A DNA stretch of 64,000 nucleotides from Patescibacteria group bacterium (GTDB lineage: Bacteria > Patescibacteriota > UBA1384 > XYA2-FULL-43-10 > 1-14-0-10-43-13). Positions 18,175 through 28,201 of this stretch are shown here, one piece after another. The DNA lies in contig JBAYHC010000004.1 of assembly GCA_041666325.1 (NCBI GenBank), positions 128,929-192,928 on the forward strand, written 5' to 3'. How positions within the stretch are numbered: the first letter of the stretch is position 1; each line of letters opens with the position of its first letter. The position numbers and the translations under genes are program-made. The notes under the pieces were generated by a model. The model saw only the letters and a list, made by a program, of their open reading frames with translations, did no database searches and was not told the DNA's origin.

Positions 18175-19023
18175 ATGATCGAAATCGGAAGGTCTTTTAT
18201 TATTGGGGCGATTCAGGGCATTGCTGAATTTTTGCCGATCTCCTCTTCTGGTCACCTTGTGCTTCTTCCCTATATTTTCAAGTGGGATTATCAGGGCCTG
18301 GCTTTTGATGTTGCCCTCCACTTTGGCACAGTGGTAGCACTGGTTGCCTACTTCTGGCGCGATTGGCTTGCGCTTTTCTTTAGCGCGGTAAGAATACGAA
18401 ATACAAAATATAAAATACGGGAATACCCAGACAACCTGCTCTGGCAAATTATTGTCGCCTCAATCCCCGCAGCAATGGTTGGCCTACTAATCAATGGCTA
18501 TGTCGAAAAATACCTGCACTCTCCTGCACTCCTGGCCTTCAATCTGATTTTCTTCGGTTGGCTGCTCTGGTTCGTAGACAAGAGGGCCAAGGCAAAATAC
18601 GATCTTCAACAAGCTCAGGTCGGCCTGAGTGGCAATAGACCGCCCGAAATACGAAATACGAGATACTCGCATTTGTTCCTCATGGGCATCGCCCAGTCTG
18701 TCGCCTTGGTCCCTGGCGTTTCTCGCTCCGGTATCACAATGACCGCCGGACGATCTCTGGGCTTAAGCAGAGAAAATTCAGCTAGGCTTTCCTTTTTGTT
18801 GGGCACCCCTGCGATGATCGGCGCGTTTATTGTCGAGTTTAAAGATATCGATAAGGGAGGCCTAAGCGCAGCATTCTTGATCGGCGTTATCTCAGCAGCT
18901 GTTTTTGGTTTTATCGCTATTAAATATTTGCTACAATACTTAAAGAAAAGCGACTTCTCAATTTTTTTGTGGTATAGGATCGCTCTGGCCATAATGGTTC
19001 TGGCCCTATATTTCACAAGATAA
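18175..19023 (+). CDS. uppP: Undecaprenyl-diphosphatase UppP/BacA (with heptamer insertions)
   Basis: GAIQGIAEFLPISSSGH, FDVALHFGT, PGVSRSGIT. Confidence 0.95.
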   Translation: MIEIGRSFIIGAIQGIAEFLPISSSGHLVLLPYIFKWDYQGLAFDVALHFGTVVALVAYFWRDWLALFFSAVRIRNTKYKIREYPDNLLWQIIVASIPAAMVGLLINGYVEKYLHSPALLAFNLIFFGWLLWFVDKRAKAKYDLQQAQVGLSGNRPPEIRNTRYSHLFLMGIAQSVALVPGVSRSGITMTAGRSLGLSRENSARLSFLLGTPAMIGAFIVEFKDIDKGGLSAAFLIGVISAAVFGFIAIKYLLQYLKKSDFSIFLWYRIALAIMVLALYFTR

Positions 19024-19135
19024 TAAAACAGCACATAAGCTAGTAAGTAATTTTAGAGCAAATTGTGGTTCAGTTAAGTTTTCACTCGCTCACCAGCCTA
19101 TTAGCCCGCTAACTTACCGGCCAGCAAAGGAGGGT

Positions 19136-19795
19136 ATGAATTCGGTGACAGACCAAGCAAAAGTTAGCCAGACATCAGATCGGCCAATAATCTACTGGCT
19201 GGTTTTTAAGTGGCTGCTAGTTATTGCCGTCCTCGTAGCCGTCCTTTACCTTGGCACGCTCCCTGCCCGAAGCAAGCTATCCACACAACATCTCTACCGA
19301 GGCGACAAACTGCTCGAGGAGAGAAAATATCTTTCTGCCCGATTGGAATACAGAAAGGCCCTTGTTCTCGACAAAAACAACACCAAAGCCGCAGAGCACG
19401 AATTCCTTGCTAATGAAGCGTCCAGCGATATTACGAAATTAGAGAAATTTTTGCGTGACAGAGGAGCGGACAACCAATTAAACACAATGAAGGAAGCCAA
19501 GGCTGTTCCGGACAATGAGGTTGCAGCCGCACAGACATCAAGGGAACTGCTCGAGGCGGGCGAGTATCAGCTCGCAATCATCCCGGCGAAAACAGCCGTC
19601 CAGATGGACAAATCTTACCGCGATGGTTGGCTGTATCTTAGCATTGCTAGCCTCGAGTCCTCTCGACAACTGGAGATAGCGCAAGAAACCCGACAAGAAT
19701 ATCTGGACCAGGCTAGGCTCGCCCTTGAAAAAGCTGCGATTGCCGATCCGTCATATGAACCGATCAAACAAATAGAAAAAGAACTAAACTCTTAG
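19136..19795 (+). CDS. Membrane-anchored TPR-like protein
   Basis: N-terminal TM; TPR-like helices (YLSARLEYRKALVLD, AKTAVQMDKSYRDGWLYL). Confidence 0.65.
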   Translation: MNSVTDQAKVSQTSDRPIIYWLVFKWLLVIAVLVAVLYLGTLPARSKLSTQHLYRGDKLLEERKYLSARLEYRKALVLDKNNTKAAEHEFLANEASSDITKLEKFLRDRGADNQLNTMKEAKAVPDNEVAAAQTSRELLEAGEYQLAIIPAKTAVQMDKSYRDGWLYLSIASLESSRQLEIAQETRQEYLDQARLALEKAAIADPSYEPIKQIEKELNS

Positions 19796-19810
19796 TACGA
19801 GCGAGGGAAG

Positions 19811-21805
19811 ATGAGGGGATCAAGACGAATACATAACAGTGAAGCCGTGGACCAGTGTCTATCGACCAAGGTTATGGCTGCGCTATTGACCTTGGGTGTG
19901 ATAATTTTACCAATGGCCCCCTTCGGCAAAGCTTTGGCCGCAAACGAATACACAGAGCTTGCACCCTGCAGTCTGGCATTTAACTCAACCAGCAATCTTC
20001 TCAAAAATGAAGCGGGGGAAAGTTCGGGCAACAGACAATACATTTTTTCCGCCAGTGACTTTGGAGAAAGATTCCAGATCGCGGGTAGCGGCCTGGGTAT
20101 GTCGTTTGATTCTTCGCACCAAAAAATAAATCTGAATTTTAAGCATCGTTGGCGAAGCGATAACGGAATTAGAGATGTTTCTCTAGAATTTACTTTCTCC
20201 AGTAAAAGCGGGACCAACTATTCGTACCGAAACACAAAGGTTACAACAGTATACCGGGGCAGCACCACCACAACGACAGGTAATTCAGACAATCCAGTAC
20301 TAACTATTTTGAAGGCACCAAAACAAATCGACTTTAATGCGTCAGGGCACGTAGACTTCTTTCTCGCACTAGGCGATACAACTAACTCTCCGAATGATAA
20401 TGTCTACTATCTCAACTGCACGGCTGCTCCAGATGGCGAAGCAGAGCCACCACCCCTGCCTGACCCAGACGATGGCGGTGGTGCTGGCGGCACACCCACG
20501 AGCGGCAGCACGGCAGCCCCGACAGCACCGTCAGCTCCGTCCGTTCCAGATCTTTGGCTCGATATGCAAAACTGCCGCAATCCAGAGAGTGCGGTCAATG
20601 GACCGAATGGGTTTGTGGTAACAAAAATAGGTTTCAACACCAATTCGCCCGATGATCCCAATAATGGCAAAACAATGACTGTCCTAGCAACCAAAACCGT
20701 GAATGGCGCCACGGAAACCATTAACACGCCGTTCGTCTATGACGAAACCCCCGGCAAAAACTCTGCCACCAGCACCAAGCTCTACTACGGTATTAACAAC
20801 GTGGCGGTCAACAAAATTTATGCTGTTATAGATCTGACCAGCGCCGCCAAGCTCTCCATTATCAAGGAAGCCACGACACCGGCATCGGCATGGAAGCCAT
20901 GGATGGATGACCTGACGCAGATGAACATGCGCCTAAATTGCAAGTACCCGATCAGCGCCGACTTATCGGCCGAATCGATGGACAACAGTGGTCCCGATGG
21001 AAAGCCGAGAATAACTGTCGCCGGCGACCCAACTCTCGGCCGCCCAGACATGAGATTTGAGCTCGGACGACTCGTCGTAACAGGCGGCGCCGCAACAACA
21101 GACAACAACTCCTTTTACTTTCTCTACAATAAATCCCTTGGAGCTATTGGTAGCAGCGACGTGTTTGAAAACAGATACAAGCACATGGCGATCAGACTGG
21201 ACATGAGTCCAGGACCGAAGCTGGTTCAAGTTTTCTATGGCGATATCAGAAATCCGGGTGATGACTCCAAGGAGGGTATCGCCGGATATGGCGGAGGCTG
21301 GTCCGCCAACGTCTTCTATGGCTGGGGATTCAGGGTCGGAAATGAGCTCATCGGCAAATCCGTCGCCGACTATGTCTATCGCAAGAAGGATCCGAACGAT
21401 AACAGCAAGTGCAGTGATACAGTGGTGGGACCGGAAACAAACCCGACAACAGCAGCACCAGACTGGGACAGCCTTGACGGAGGTTCAACCCCGCCAAGAG
21501 AATGTTTAATCCTAAATGGCATCAACATCGGCGATAATGCTAGCAAAACGCCCATTGGCTGGCTAAAACACTGGGGCATTCCGACAACCAAATCATCGAT
21601 CACTGATGCGCTCGGCGAGACTGAAGATATCGGGCCCTGCCAGGTTATCAAGGTAGGAACACTGACAGCCTTCAGTCCCAGAGGACTGGTCACACTCCTA
21701 AACCGCTCGCTTTGCGAGGTTGCTTACTTCGTCTATAGTGTCGGCCAGGGTTTGGCCGCCAAAGGAAAGGAAATTCTGGAGCAATCACTGAGTCTGCACT
21801 CTTAG
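19811..21805 (+). CDS. Secreted/surface hypothetical protein, 664 aa
   Basis: Signal-peptide-like N-terminus (ALAA), beta-rich domains, Pro/Gly/Thr linker, paired Cys. Confidence 0.65.
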   Translation: MRGSRRIHNSEAVDQCLSTKVMAALLTLGVIILPMAPFGKALAANEYTELAPCSLAFNSTSNLLKNEAGESSGNRQYIFSASDFGERFQIAGSGLGMSFDSSHQKINLNFKHRWRSDNGIRDVSLEFTFSSKSGTNYSYRNTKVTTVYRGSTTTTTGNSDNPVLTILKAPKQIDFNASGHVDFFLALGDTTNSPNDNVYYLNCTAAPDGEAEPPPLPDPDDGGGAGGTPTSGSTAAPTAPSAPSVPDLWLDMQNCRNPESAVNGPNGFVVTKIGFNTNSPDDPNNGKTMTVLATKTVNGATETINTPFVYDETPGKNSATSTKLYYGINNVAVNKIYAVIDLTSAAKLSIIKEATTPASAWKPWMDDLTQMNMRLNCKYPISADLSAESMDNSGPDGKPRITVAGDPTLGRPDMRFELGRLVVTGGAATTDNNSFYFLYNKSLGAIGSSDVFENRYKHMAIRLDMSPGPKLVQVFYGDIRNPGDDSKEGIAGYGGGWSANVFYGWGFRVGNELIGKSVADYVYRKKDPNDNSKCSDTVVGPETNPTTAAPDWDSLDGGSTPPRECLILNGINIGDNASKTPIGWLKHWGIPTTKSSITDALGETEDIGPCQVIKVGTLTAFSPRGLVTLLNRSLCEVAYFVYSVGQGLAAKGKEILEQSLSLHS

Positions 21806-21817
21806 CGTCACCTTACG

Positions 21818-24694
21818 ATGAAAATAATTACAAAAGAAAAATCATTCGCTTTTCTACTGCCGGGCTTTATCGTTGGTGTTTTGCTGGCCGTGTTCTTGTT
21901 GCCGAGCGAAAGGGCATATGCCGTGGCAATGGAGCCAATCTACAAGGTTCTCCAACAAAACGACGACATCAAGGGCATCTGGCGCAACATCACCGACCTG
22001 ATCAACTACCTGATAGTGGCGGTCCTGATCTTTGTCGCCTTTGCTCAGATCCTGCGCATCAACCTTAACACCTATGGCGTCAAGAAAATTATTCCGAGTT
22101 TAATATTCGCTATCGTAGCCACTAATTTTAGCTATCTTTTCTGCCGGTTTCTAGTTGATATAGCCAATGTTCTACTCTCGCTTTTTGTTAGCCCCAATTC
22201 AGCGGTGATTACCAACCAATTCACAAACATTATCTTTGACCCCAGACCGTCAAGTGATGGCCGCACAATCACCAATCTTTTTGAGTTGGCTCTGGATATC
22301 GTCTTCATCTATGCCTCCGGAATCCTCATGTTTATCTTGGGCTACCTTTATCTGATCAGAAACTGGGTTATTTATTTCCTGGTCGCCATCTCTCCGATCG
22401 CCTTTATGTCGATGGTTTTACCGCAAACAAAGAGCGTCTTCAACCAGTGGTGGAGCAACTTTGTCAAATGGACATTCATGCCCGTCGTCTCCATCTTCTG
22501 GATCTGGCTCGGAACTGCCTGGTTTACCAAAATACCCGACTCCTCAAATAAGACAATGCTCTTTGTCTTTGCCTTAGTTTGTCTCTATATGGCCATCAAG
22601 ACGCCGTTTAGCATGGGCGGCCAAGTTATGCAACAGTGGGGCAACCTCGGCAAAAAGGTTTGGAACCGAACGGGCGGCGATCTCGGCAAAGCGGCCTGGC
22701 GCAACACCGGCGGCAAGGGTGTGGGCTGGGCCAAAAATCAATACGACACAGCCAAAGCGGACCTTGGCAACGCAGTAGTTTTGGCTGGGCGCAACGCTTG
22801 GAGTCGAGGCACCGGATTTACTAAAAGGCAAACTCTCGGACGTCTTCCTGGAGGCAGAAACGCCCAAGGTCAAAGGCAATCTGCCAACGACTGGCTCAAC
22901 ACACGAGTTCAAGGCGCTAGACAGGGTAGAATCTCAGCCATAGAAAGAAGGAAACTACAAATGGAGGGACCAGAGCTCGTAAGAAAGAAGATGGTCGAAG
23001 ATGCTAGAACCGATGCTGCGGAAAGACTGGTTAGAGATAGAGGAATCCCTGCCGATCAAAAATCTCGATTTAGATCCATGTTGCGATCATGGGTGCGCAG
23101 CAACAGTGATGCCTATATGGACAACGACCTGGATGACAACATTGCGTACCTACGCCGTAACGAGCTTCGTGATGCTCAAGGAAATGTTGTTGGTAGAGGA
23201 AATTACACTTCAGGCGATGGCCTCGGAGAGGTCATGTCACATGTTGTTGCGCTAAAACGTCGCAGAAGACAAACCGGTCATGCCCAAGAATGGGCTCAAA
23301 TTGATGCTTTTTTGAATACTCTGCCCCTAGGAACTGTTAACAGAACAAGTGGGCAGGTTAACCGCGTTACCGGGCCGGCCATCATGAACACCGATGAATC
23401 TGGCATAGTCGGAATATCCGCCGGCGATAATGCAGCGAGTGCTCAAGACGGACAAGCTTCAGGCGCTAGCAGTCAACCGCCCACATCCCAGGATGAGACA
23501 TTGCTGCAGCAAGAACAATTTGGCAAGGGCGCAAAATATCAACGATTAGCTGGGGCCCTGAGCATTCACCAGGCCGAGTCCATGAGAAGAGTGTTCCTGC
23601 AGGGGGAGAGGGTTGAGGATTTGCCGGAAACAACCCGTGCCGATATTCAGAAAGGTGGCCTCGAGGAAGATGTTGAGGCATATCGCAAAGACCTAATCAG
23701 TTTACGCGAAAAAACGGCACACGACATTCTCCAGGTTAAAGTTGCCGAGAATGACGGCCCGCTGGAGGAGAGCGCCGCAGACTTTCAGTCTGGCCTTGGC
23801 CATATGGCCAGAGCAATAAGCCACGATGGCAAGAGCTTGCCCGACCTAATGTCCGAGCTTGAGTCAATTAAGAAAAACTTGCGCAGCGAAGCACCGGATG
23901 TCAAGAAAGGTGCGGTCGAGGACCTGTTTAGGATGACGGATGAACCTATGGTAGAAAATCTTGAGGTCAAGGGCCGACTCGACCTTGCGGCAGGGAGAGC
24001 CCAGAAAATAGTTGACTCCATGCTTGTTGCAGGAGAAGCTGCGCCGATGGATCATTATGCCTCCGTGAGAGGGGACAGATCGCCAGAACAGGCGATCGTC
24101 GAGGAGAGTGCTAAGGGACAACAGAATGGATTTATCCAAACGCTCAAGGACAACTCCACGCCAAGTCTAGATGAAGCGCGTGGAGAAGCCGTCACACAGC
24201 TGGTTCAGGCAGCACAAAGCAAACCCCAGCCGCAAACGCAAGAAACAAGTCAGCCATCGTCAGCGGTGGACGAAACAGGAGAAAAGGTTGCGTCCTCAAT
24301 CGACGCTGCTCTATCAAGGCTATTTCAGGGCGGAGAACATGGCGATCTTTCTCACCTGTCGATGGGGGGAATGCTAAACCATGAAGAACTTGCGGCTCAA
24401 ATAGCTGGGGCGCTCAAAGATGAGATGGGTAGATTCGTCGGAGTCACAACAGGCATTGGAAATGTCGGCACGATGACAGTAGGAGAATTCCAGCGCGTCA
24501 TGAAGCAGGCCTACATTGAGGCTCTCCAGACCAACCAACAGCTCAACAAGTCGACTGTAGGCGATGCCTTTTTGGATGAAAAGTTTCGCCGGATATTCTT
24601 CCAGCAACTCTCTCTGGCCACTGAACGCGGTGTAAAAAAGGGCACACCCAAGCCACCAACGATCCCGACTCCGCCGTCACCACCAGCAGCCTAA
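21818..24694 (+). CDS. VirB6/TrbL-like polytopic membrane protein with long C-terminal extension
   Basis: About 7 TM in the first 270 aa with CPR VirB6-like motifs (NFSYLFCRFLVDIAN; LVAISPIAFMSMVLPQT..FNQWW); in operon with PrgI/VirB4. Confidence 0.65.
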   Translation: MKIITKEKSFAFLLPGFIVGVLLAVFLLPSERAYAVAMEPIYKVLQQNDDIKGIWRNITDLINYLIVAVLIFVAFAQILRINLNTYGVKKIIPSLIFAIVATNFSYLFCRFLVDIANVLLSLFVSPNSAVITNQFTNIIFDPRPSSDGRTITNLFELALDIVFIYASGILMFILGYLYLIRNWVIYFLVAISPIAFMSMVLPQTKSVFNQWWSNFVKWTFMPVVSIFWIWLGTAWFTKIPDSSNKTMLFVFALVCLYMAIKTPFSMGGQVMQQWGNLGKKVWNRTGGDLGKAAWRNTGGKGVGWAKNQYDTAKADLGNAVVLAGRNAWSRGTGFTKRQTLGRLPGGRNAQGQRQSANDWLNTRVQGARQGRISAIERRKLQMEGPELVRKKMVEDARTDAAERLVRDRGIPADQKSRFRSMLRSWVRSNSDAYMDNDLDDNIAYLRRNELRDAQGNVVGRGNYTSGDGLGEVMSHVVALKRRRRQTGHAQEWAQIDAFLNTLPLGTVNRTSGQVNRVTGPAIMNTDESGIVGISAGDNAASAQDGQASGASSQPPTSQDETLLQQEQFGKGAKYQRLAGALSIHQAESMRRVFLQGERVEDLPETTRADIQKGGLEEDVEAYRKDLISLREKTAHDILQVKVAENDGPLEESAADFQSGLGHMARAISHDGKSLPDLMSELESIKKNLRSEAPDVKKGAVEDLFRMTDEPMVENLEVKGRLDLAAGRAQKIVDSMLVAGEAAPMDHYASVRGDRSPEQAIVEESAKGQQNGFIQTLKDNSTPSLDEARGEAVTQLVQAAQSKPQPQTQETSQPSSAVDETGEKVASSIDAALSRLFQGGEHGDLSHLSMGGMLNHEELAAQIAGALKDEMGRFVGVTTGIGNVGTMTVGEFQRVMKQAYIEALQTNQQLNKSTVGDAFLDEKFRRIFFQQLSLATERGVKKGTPKPPTIPTPPSPPAA

Positions 24695-24729
24695 ATTCGT
24701 CAAAAATCGAATAAACACGGAGACGTTTT

Positions 24730-26367
24730 ATGACAGACGCAGCAGCAGAACAACCCGTCCCACCCCCGGTAACACCAGAGGCAGGAAGCGAAGGACAAGA
24801 AGCGGCAAAAGCGGCTGAGTTTTATTATCTTTCGGAGGAGGAGATTGCTCAAGCCATCGCCGAAGCCAAGAACCGCCCCATTCCGCCGGAGAAAGCACAA
24901 AGAATCAGTCGAGACCTGGACGCTGTTGAAAAAATTCGACAGGATATTATCGGATTGGAAGCGCTATCACCGGAAGAAAGAGATAAAACCCTTAGAACCA
25001 TGTCCGGCGCGCCGAATGTCCGCCCCGTCTTTGATGTTCTTCTCGGAAAACCAAGCCAACAGCCGGCTGAGGTCGTCTCCACCGAACAACATCCGCGACA
25101 ACGGCTAATAGAAGACCTGAGAACGCGATTTGCCGGACAAGAAATAGGCGCTGACACATGGGAAGAGGTCGAGGAGTTCGTTGCAGAGAACACCGAGCTA
25201 TTCGACACGCTAGAAGCCAAAATACAAGAGCTGAGCAGAAAACCTGAATACAGTCGAATAGAAGTCAAGAAGAAGACCATCGAGATTTGCCTCCTGCAAT
25301 CTGTTGTCAACGGACATCTCACGAAGGAAGATTTGAAAACTGTCCTCGAGGGCGGAGTCCGCATCTTGTCCAATGAGGAGATCTCGCAGCTTGCCAAAAC
25401 CGAGCAAAGCTACGAGGGCATCATGTATTATGATCTGGGTAACCGGGCGCTCATTATTTCGGAGAGCGCTTTGGTTGACGAGTACCGCATGAAGAATGCG
25501 GAAACCGGACAAGAGCGAATAATTGAGATCGACATAGAACACTCCATAAACCACGAAATTGCCCACGGCATAGTTGAGAGGGGATTACTAACCTCCGGCG
25601 AGAAAAGAGCTCGCAAGGAGCTGCGTGAGGGCAAAGAGGGGGTAGAAATTCCACCCGGCCTGCTCTCCCTCGCCATGTCAGTCATTGCTGCGGCCGGCGA
25701 GGTGAAAGAATACATGGTTTACCATTCAAGAAATGTCTTGAATGGCCTAGAAAAGCTAGGAGACATTCCGGCAAAGGACAGACAAAACGCTCAGGTTAAC
25801 GCAGCCATAGAGATAATTACTGACTATACAGCCATCTTTATGCAATCTGATGGCAAGGAAGAGAATTTTGTCGCCAAGTGTCTCGCCAAAACAGACACCG
25901 ACTTGCTTGTGAATCATCTTGCCAGGCGCTTCGGAATCAATGAAACTGACCCCGCGATAGTCAGGCAAAGGATCGGAGAAAAGATTAATGCGTTTAACGA
26001 GACGGACGAGAATGAGAAGAAGAGCATTCTCGCGCAGTACCCGGAGCTAGCCAAGGTCAACACTATGTTTCGAAAATTCTACGGGCTACTATATCAAGGA
26101 CGCGATGAGCTGGATAGAACCGAGGAAAAAATTGGCAAACGACAAGGCAAGCTCAAGGCGATGGGCAAGATCGGAACAGCAGCTGATGATAACGATGAGC
26201 GTACACTATTGCCGGATGAGGCAGCGTCTTTCCCGCAACAGAAAAACGAACAAAATGGTCAGCAAGAGGGCGGCGCTGTGAAGGAAGGTCTTGCAAGTGT
26301 TTTCCAATTTGTCCAGGCCTTTGCCGAAGAAGTAGGCGGGGGAGTAAATCAGGCCGTGTCACAATAG
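24730..26367 (+). CDS. Acidic cytoplasmic protein with HExxH zincin motif
   Basis: INHEIAHGIVE, possible third ligand in AIEIITDY. Confidence 0.6.
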   Translation: MTDAAAEQPVPPPVTPEAGSEGQEAAKAAEFYYLSEEEIAQAIAEAKNRPIPPEKAQRISRDLDAVEKIRQDIIGLEALSPEERDKTLRTMSGAPNVRPVFDVLLGKPSQQPAEVVSTEQHPRQRLIEDLRTRFAGQEIGADTWEEVEEFVAENTELFDTLEAKIQELSRKPEYSRIEVKKKTIEICLLQSVVNGHLTKEDLKTVLEGGVRILSNEEISQLAKTEQSYEGIMYYDLGNRALIISESALVDEYRMKNAETGQERIIEIDIEHSINHEIAHGIVERGLLTSGEKRARKELREGKEGVEIPPGLLSLAMSVIAAAGEVKEYMVYHSRNVLNGLEKLGDIPAKDRQNAQVNAAIEIITDYTAIFMQSDGKEENFVAKCLAKTDTDLLVNHLARRFGINETDPAIVRQRIGEKINAFNETDENEKKSILAQYPELAKVNTMFRKFYGLLYQGRDELDRTEEKIGKRQGKLKAMGKIGTAADDNDERTLLPDEAASFPQQKNEQNGQQEGGAVKEGLASVFQFVQAFAEEVGGGVNQAVSQ

Positions 26368-26382
26368 CATCTCAGGTCACAA

Positions 26383-26491
26383 AGCAAGTAGGCATGTAGG
26401 CTAGTAGGCAGAGTTGCACCACTGAAGAGTTATTACTAGCTTACTAGCTTACTAGCTTACTAGCTTACTAGCTTACTAGCTTACTAGCTTA
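26383..26491. repeat. Inverted octamer arms incl. 7 perfect TTACTAGC copies
   Basis: Left arm AGCAAGTA GGCATGTA GGCTAGTA GGC (26383-26409); right arm (TTACTAGC)7 at 26433-26488. Confidence 0.92.
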
Positions 26492-26587
26492 TTTTCTTTA
26501 TTGCTCTCATTACAGAACATTGTTATAATAGTTTCGAATCGTTAACTTCCTTATATTGGAAGTGGTTTTGGAAACTCGCGAGGGGAA

Positions 26588-26986
26588 ATGCGCTACAAGG
26601 TGCCACAAAATATCGACATGCAAGACAGAATCATTGGCCCACTGACGATGATTCAGTTTATCTATGCAATTGTTGGGACAGGCGCTGCCTACTCACTCTA
26701 TATGACCCTGCCAAAGCCACTCAATCTAATCGCGGCTGTTCCCGTTCTAATTTTTACAATTTGTATTGTCTTTATCAAAATTAACGAGAGACCCTTCCTA
26801 AATTTCTTCTTAGCCATGATAGAGTTTCTCTCCGCCCCCAAAAAACGCGTCTGGCATCACGGCAGTGTCGACAACCTTAAGGTTATTATTTACAGCAACA
26901 AAGACAACAGCAAACAGAAAGCTGCCGTCAAACATGTTTCCGAGGATGAAATCAAAAAACTAGCAAAAAAATTAGACGAGAATTAA
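26588..26986 (+). CDS. PrgI-family (VirB3-like) protein
   Basis: YKVPQNIDMQDRIIGPLTMIQF, two TM, PKKRVW. Confidence 0.85.
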   Translation: MRYKVPQNIDMQDRIIGPLTMIQFIYAIVGTGAAYSLYMTLPKPLNLIAAVPVLIFTICIVFIKINERPFLNFFLAMIEFLSAPKKRVWHHGSVDNLKVIIYSNKDNSKQKAAVKHVSEDEIKKLAKKLDEN

Positions 26987-27068
26987 TAGGCGTAAGCAAT
27001 CAGGCGCAAGGCGAAAGACCTTGACTCAGTTACATTAATTGCAATTGACTTACGACTGACGCCTCTCG

Positions 27069-27107
27069 CCCGCCTGCATCGCCTGGAGCGAAGCGACTGC
27101 GGGCAGG
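27069..27107 (-). repeat. 39-bp palindromic element, copy 4 (intergenic)
   Basis: Same element, embedded in CGCCTCT-like heptamers. Confidence 0.9.
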
Positions 27108-27125
27108 CCTCTCACACTATCAATT

Positions 27126-28184
27126 ATGACCCAAGACGCAACCCAACAAGTTATCGACATCGCAGGCATTAAAGACGGCATCATCATTCTAAAAGATGGC
27201 GGATACCGTATTGTTGTCTCGGTTTCGACCGTAAACTTTGCCCTCAAAAGCGAACAAGAACAAAATTCGATAATTTTCCAATACCAAAGCTTCCTTAACT
27301 CCCTGCACTTTCCAGTAGAGATCATCATGCGCTCGCGTCGACTCGACCTCACACCATACCTCAACAAGATCAAGGGACTTGCAGGGAAGCAGGAGAACGA
27401 ACTTCTTCGTATTCAAACAGAGGATTATATAGACTTTGTGGCGAAGCTGATCGATCTGGCCAACATCATGAAAAAGACCTTCTTTGTGGCGATTCCGTTC
27501 CAACCTCTGACAATCAAAAGTGGATCGTTCCTGAGCAACATCCTGAATCGCAACAAGGAAAAGACAGTGACCGAATTGCGTATTCCAGAGGAGGAGTTCA
27601 AGCGCAATGCAGATGAGGCGAGACAGCGCGCTCAAATTGTTGCGTCGGGCCTTGGATCAATTGGGCTTCACTGTGTCCAGCTAACAACAGAGGAACTGAT
27701 CGAAACATTTTATCAGATCTATAACCCCGAAATTGCCGGCAAGGAGCGATTCAGCGATGCTGACAACCTATCTGCGCCGATCATCGAGCACAGCAGTGAG
27801 AAAAGAGGGCTTCCCAAAGAGGATAAGGCAGGAGATAAGTCAGAGACGAGGATAGATAATTCCGCCGAGGTGATTGCTGTTCAGAAAGAAAAAAGCGCTT
27901 TAAGGCAGCAAGAAATGCTAAAGGACGGAGAGAGACAGATTGGCACATCGCCACACCAGCCTGCTTCCCCGGCCCAAAACCAGAAAGAACCGCCAAAACA
28001 AGAAACGGCCGGAACAACCGAAAGGGAAGAGAAGATCGGCCAACCGCAAACAGTTCAAGCGGGTGTCCCCCAAGCGGGCCAAACAGAGCAAGGGAGCAAC
28101 ACTACGAACGGTAGCACTGGGACCCAAACCAGCATCGCATATAACGTCCAGACACCAAGCACAGAACAAGAAGTTCAGAAGTAA
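27126..28184 (+). CDS. VirB4/TraE N-terminal-like conjugation protein (CPR T4SS locus)
   Basis: TQQVIDIAGIKDGIIILKDG, VNFALKSEQEQ..YQSFLNSLHFP, QLTTEELIE.FYQIYNP; disordered tail. Confidence 0.75.
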   Translation: MTQDATQQVIDIAGIKDGIIILKDGGYRIVVSVSTVNFALKSEQEQNSIIFQYQSFLNSLHFPVEIIMRSRRLDLTPYLNKIKGLAGKQENELLRIQTEDYIDFVAKLIDLANIMKKTFFVAIPFQPLTIKSGSFLSNILNRNKEKTVTELRIPEEEFKRNADEARQRAQIVASGLGSIGLHCVQLTTEELIETFYQIYNPEIAGKERFSDADNLSAPIIEHSSEKRGLPKEDKAGDKSETRIDNSAEVIAVQKEKSALRQQEMLKDGERQIGTSPHQPASPAQNQKEPPKQETAGTTEREEKIGQPQTVQAGVPQAGQTEQGSNTTNGSTGTQTSIAYNVQTPSTEQEVQK

Positions 28185-28201
28185 TCCAACAATAGGAATA
28201 C

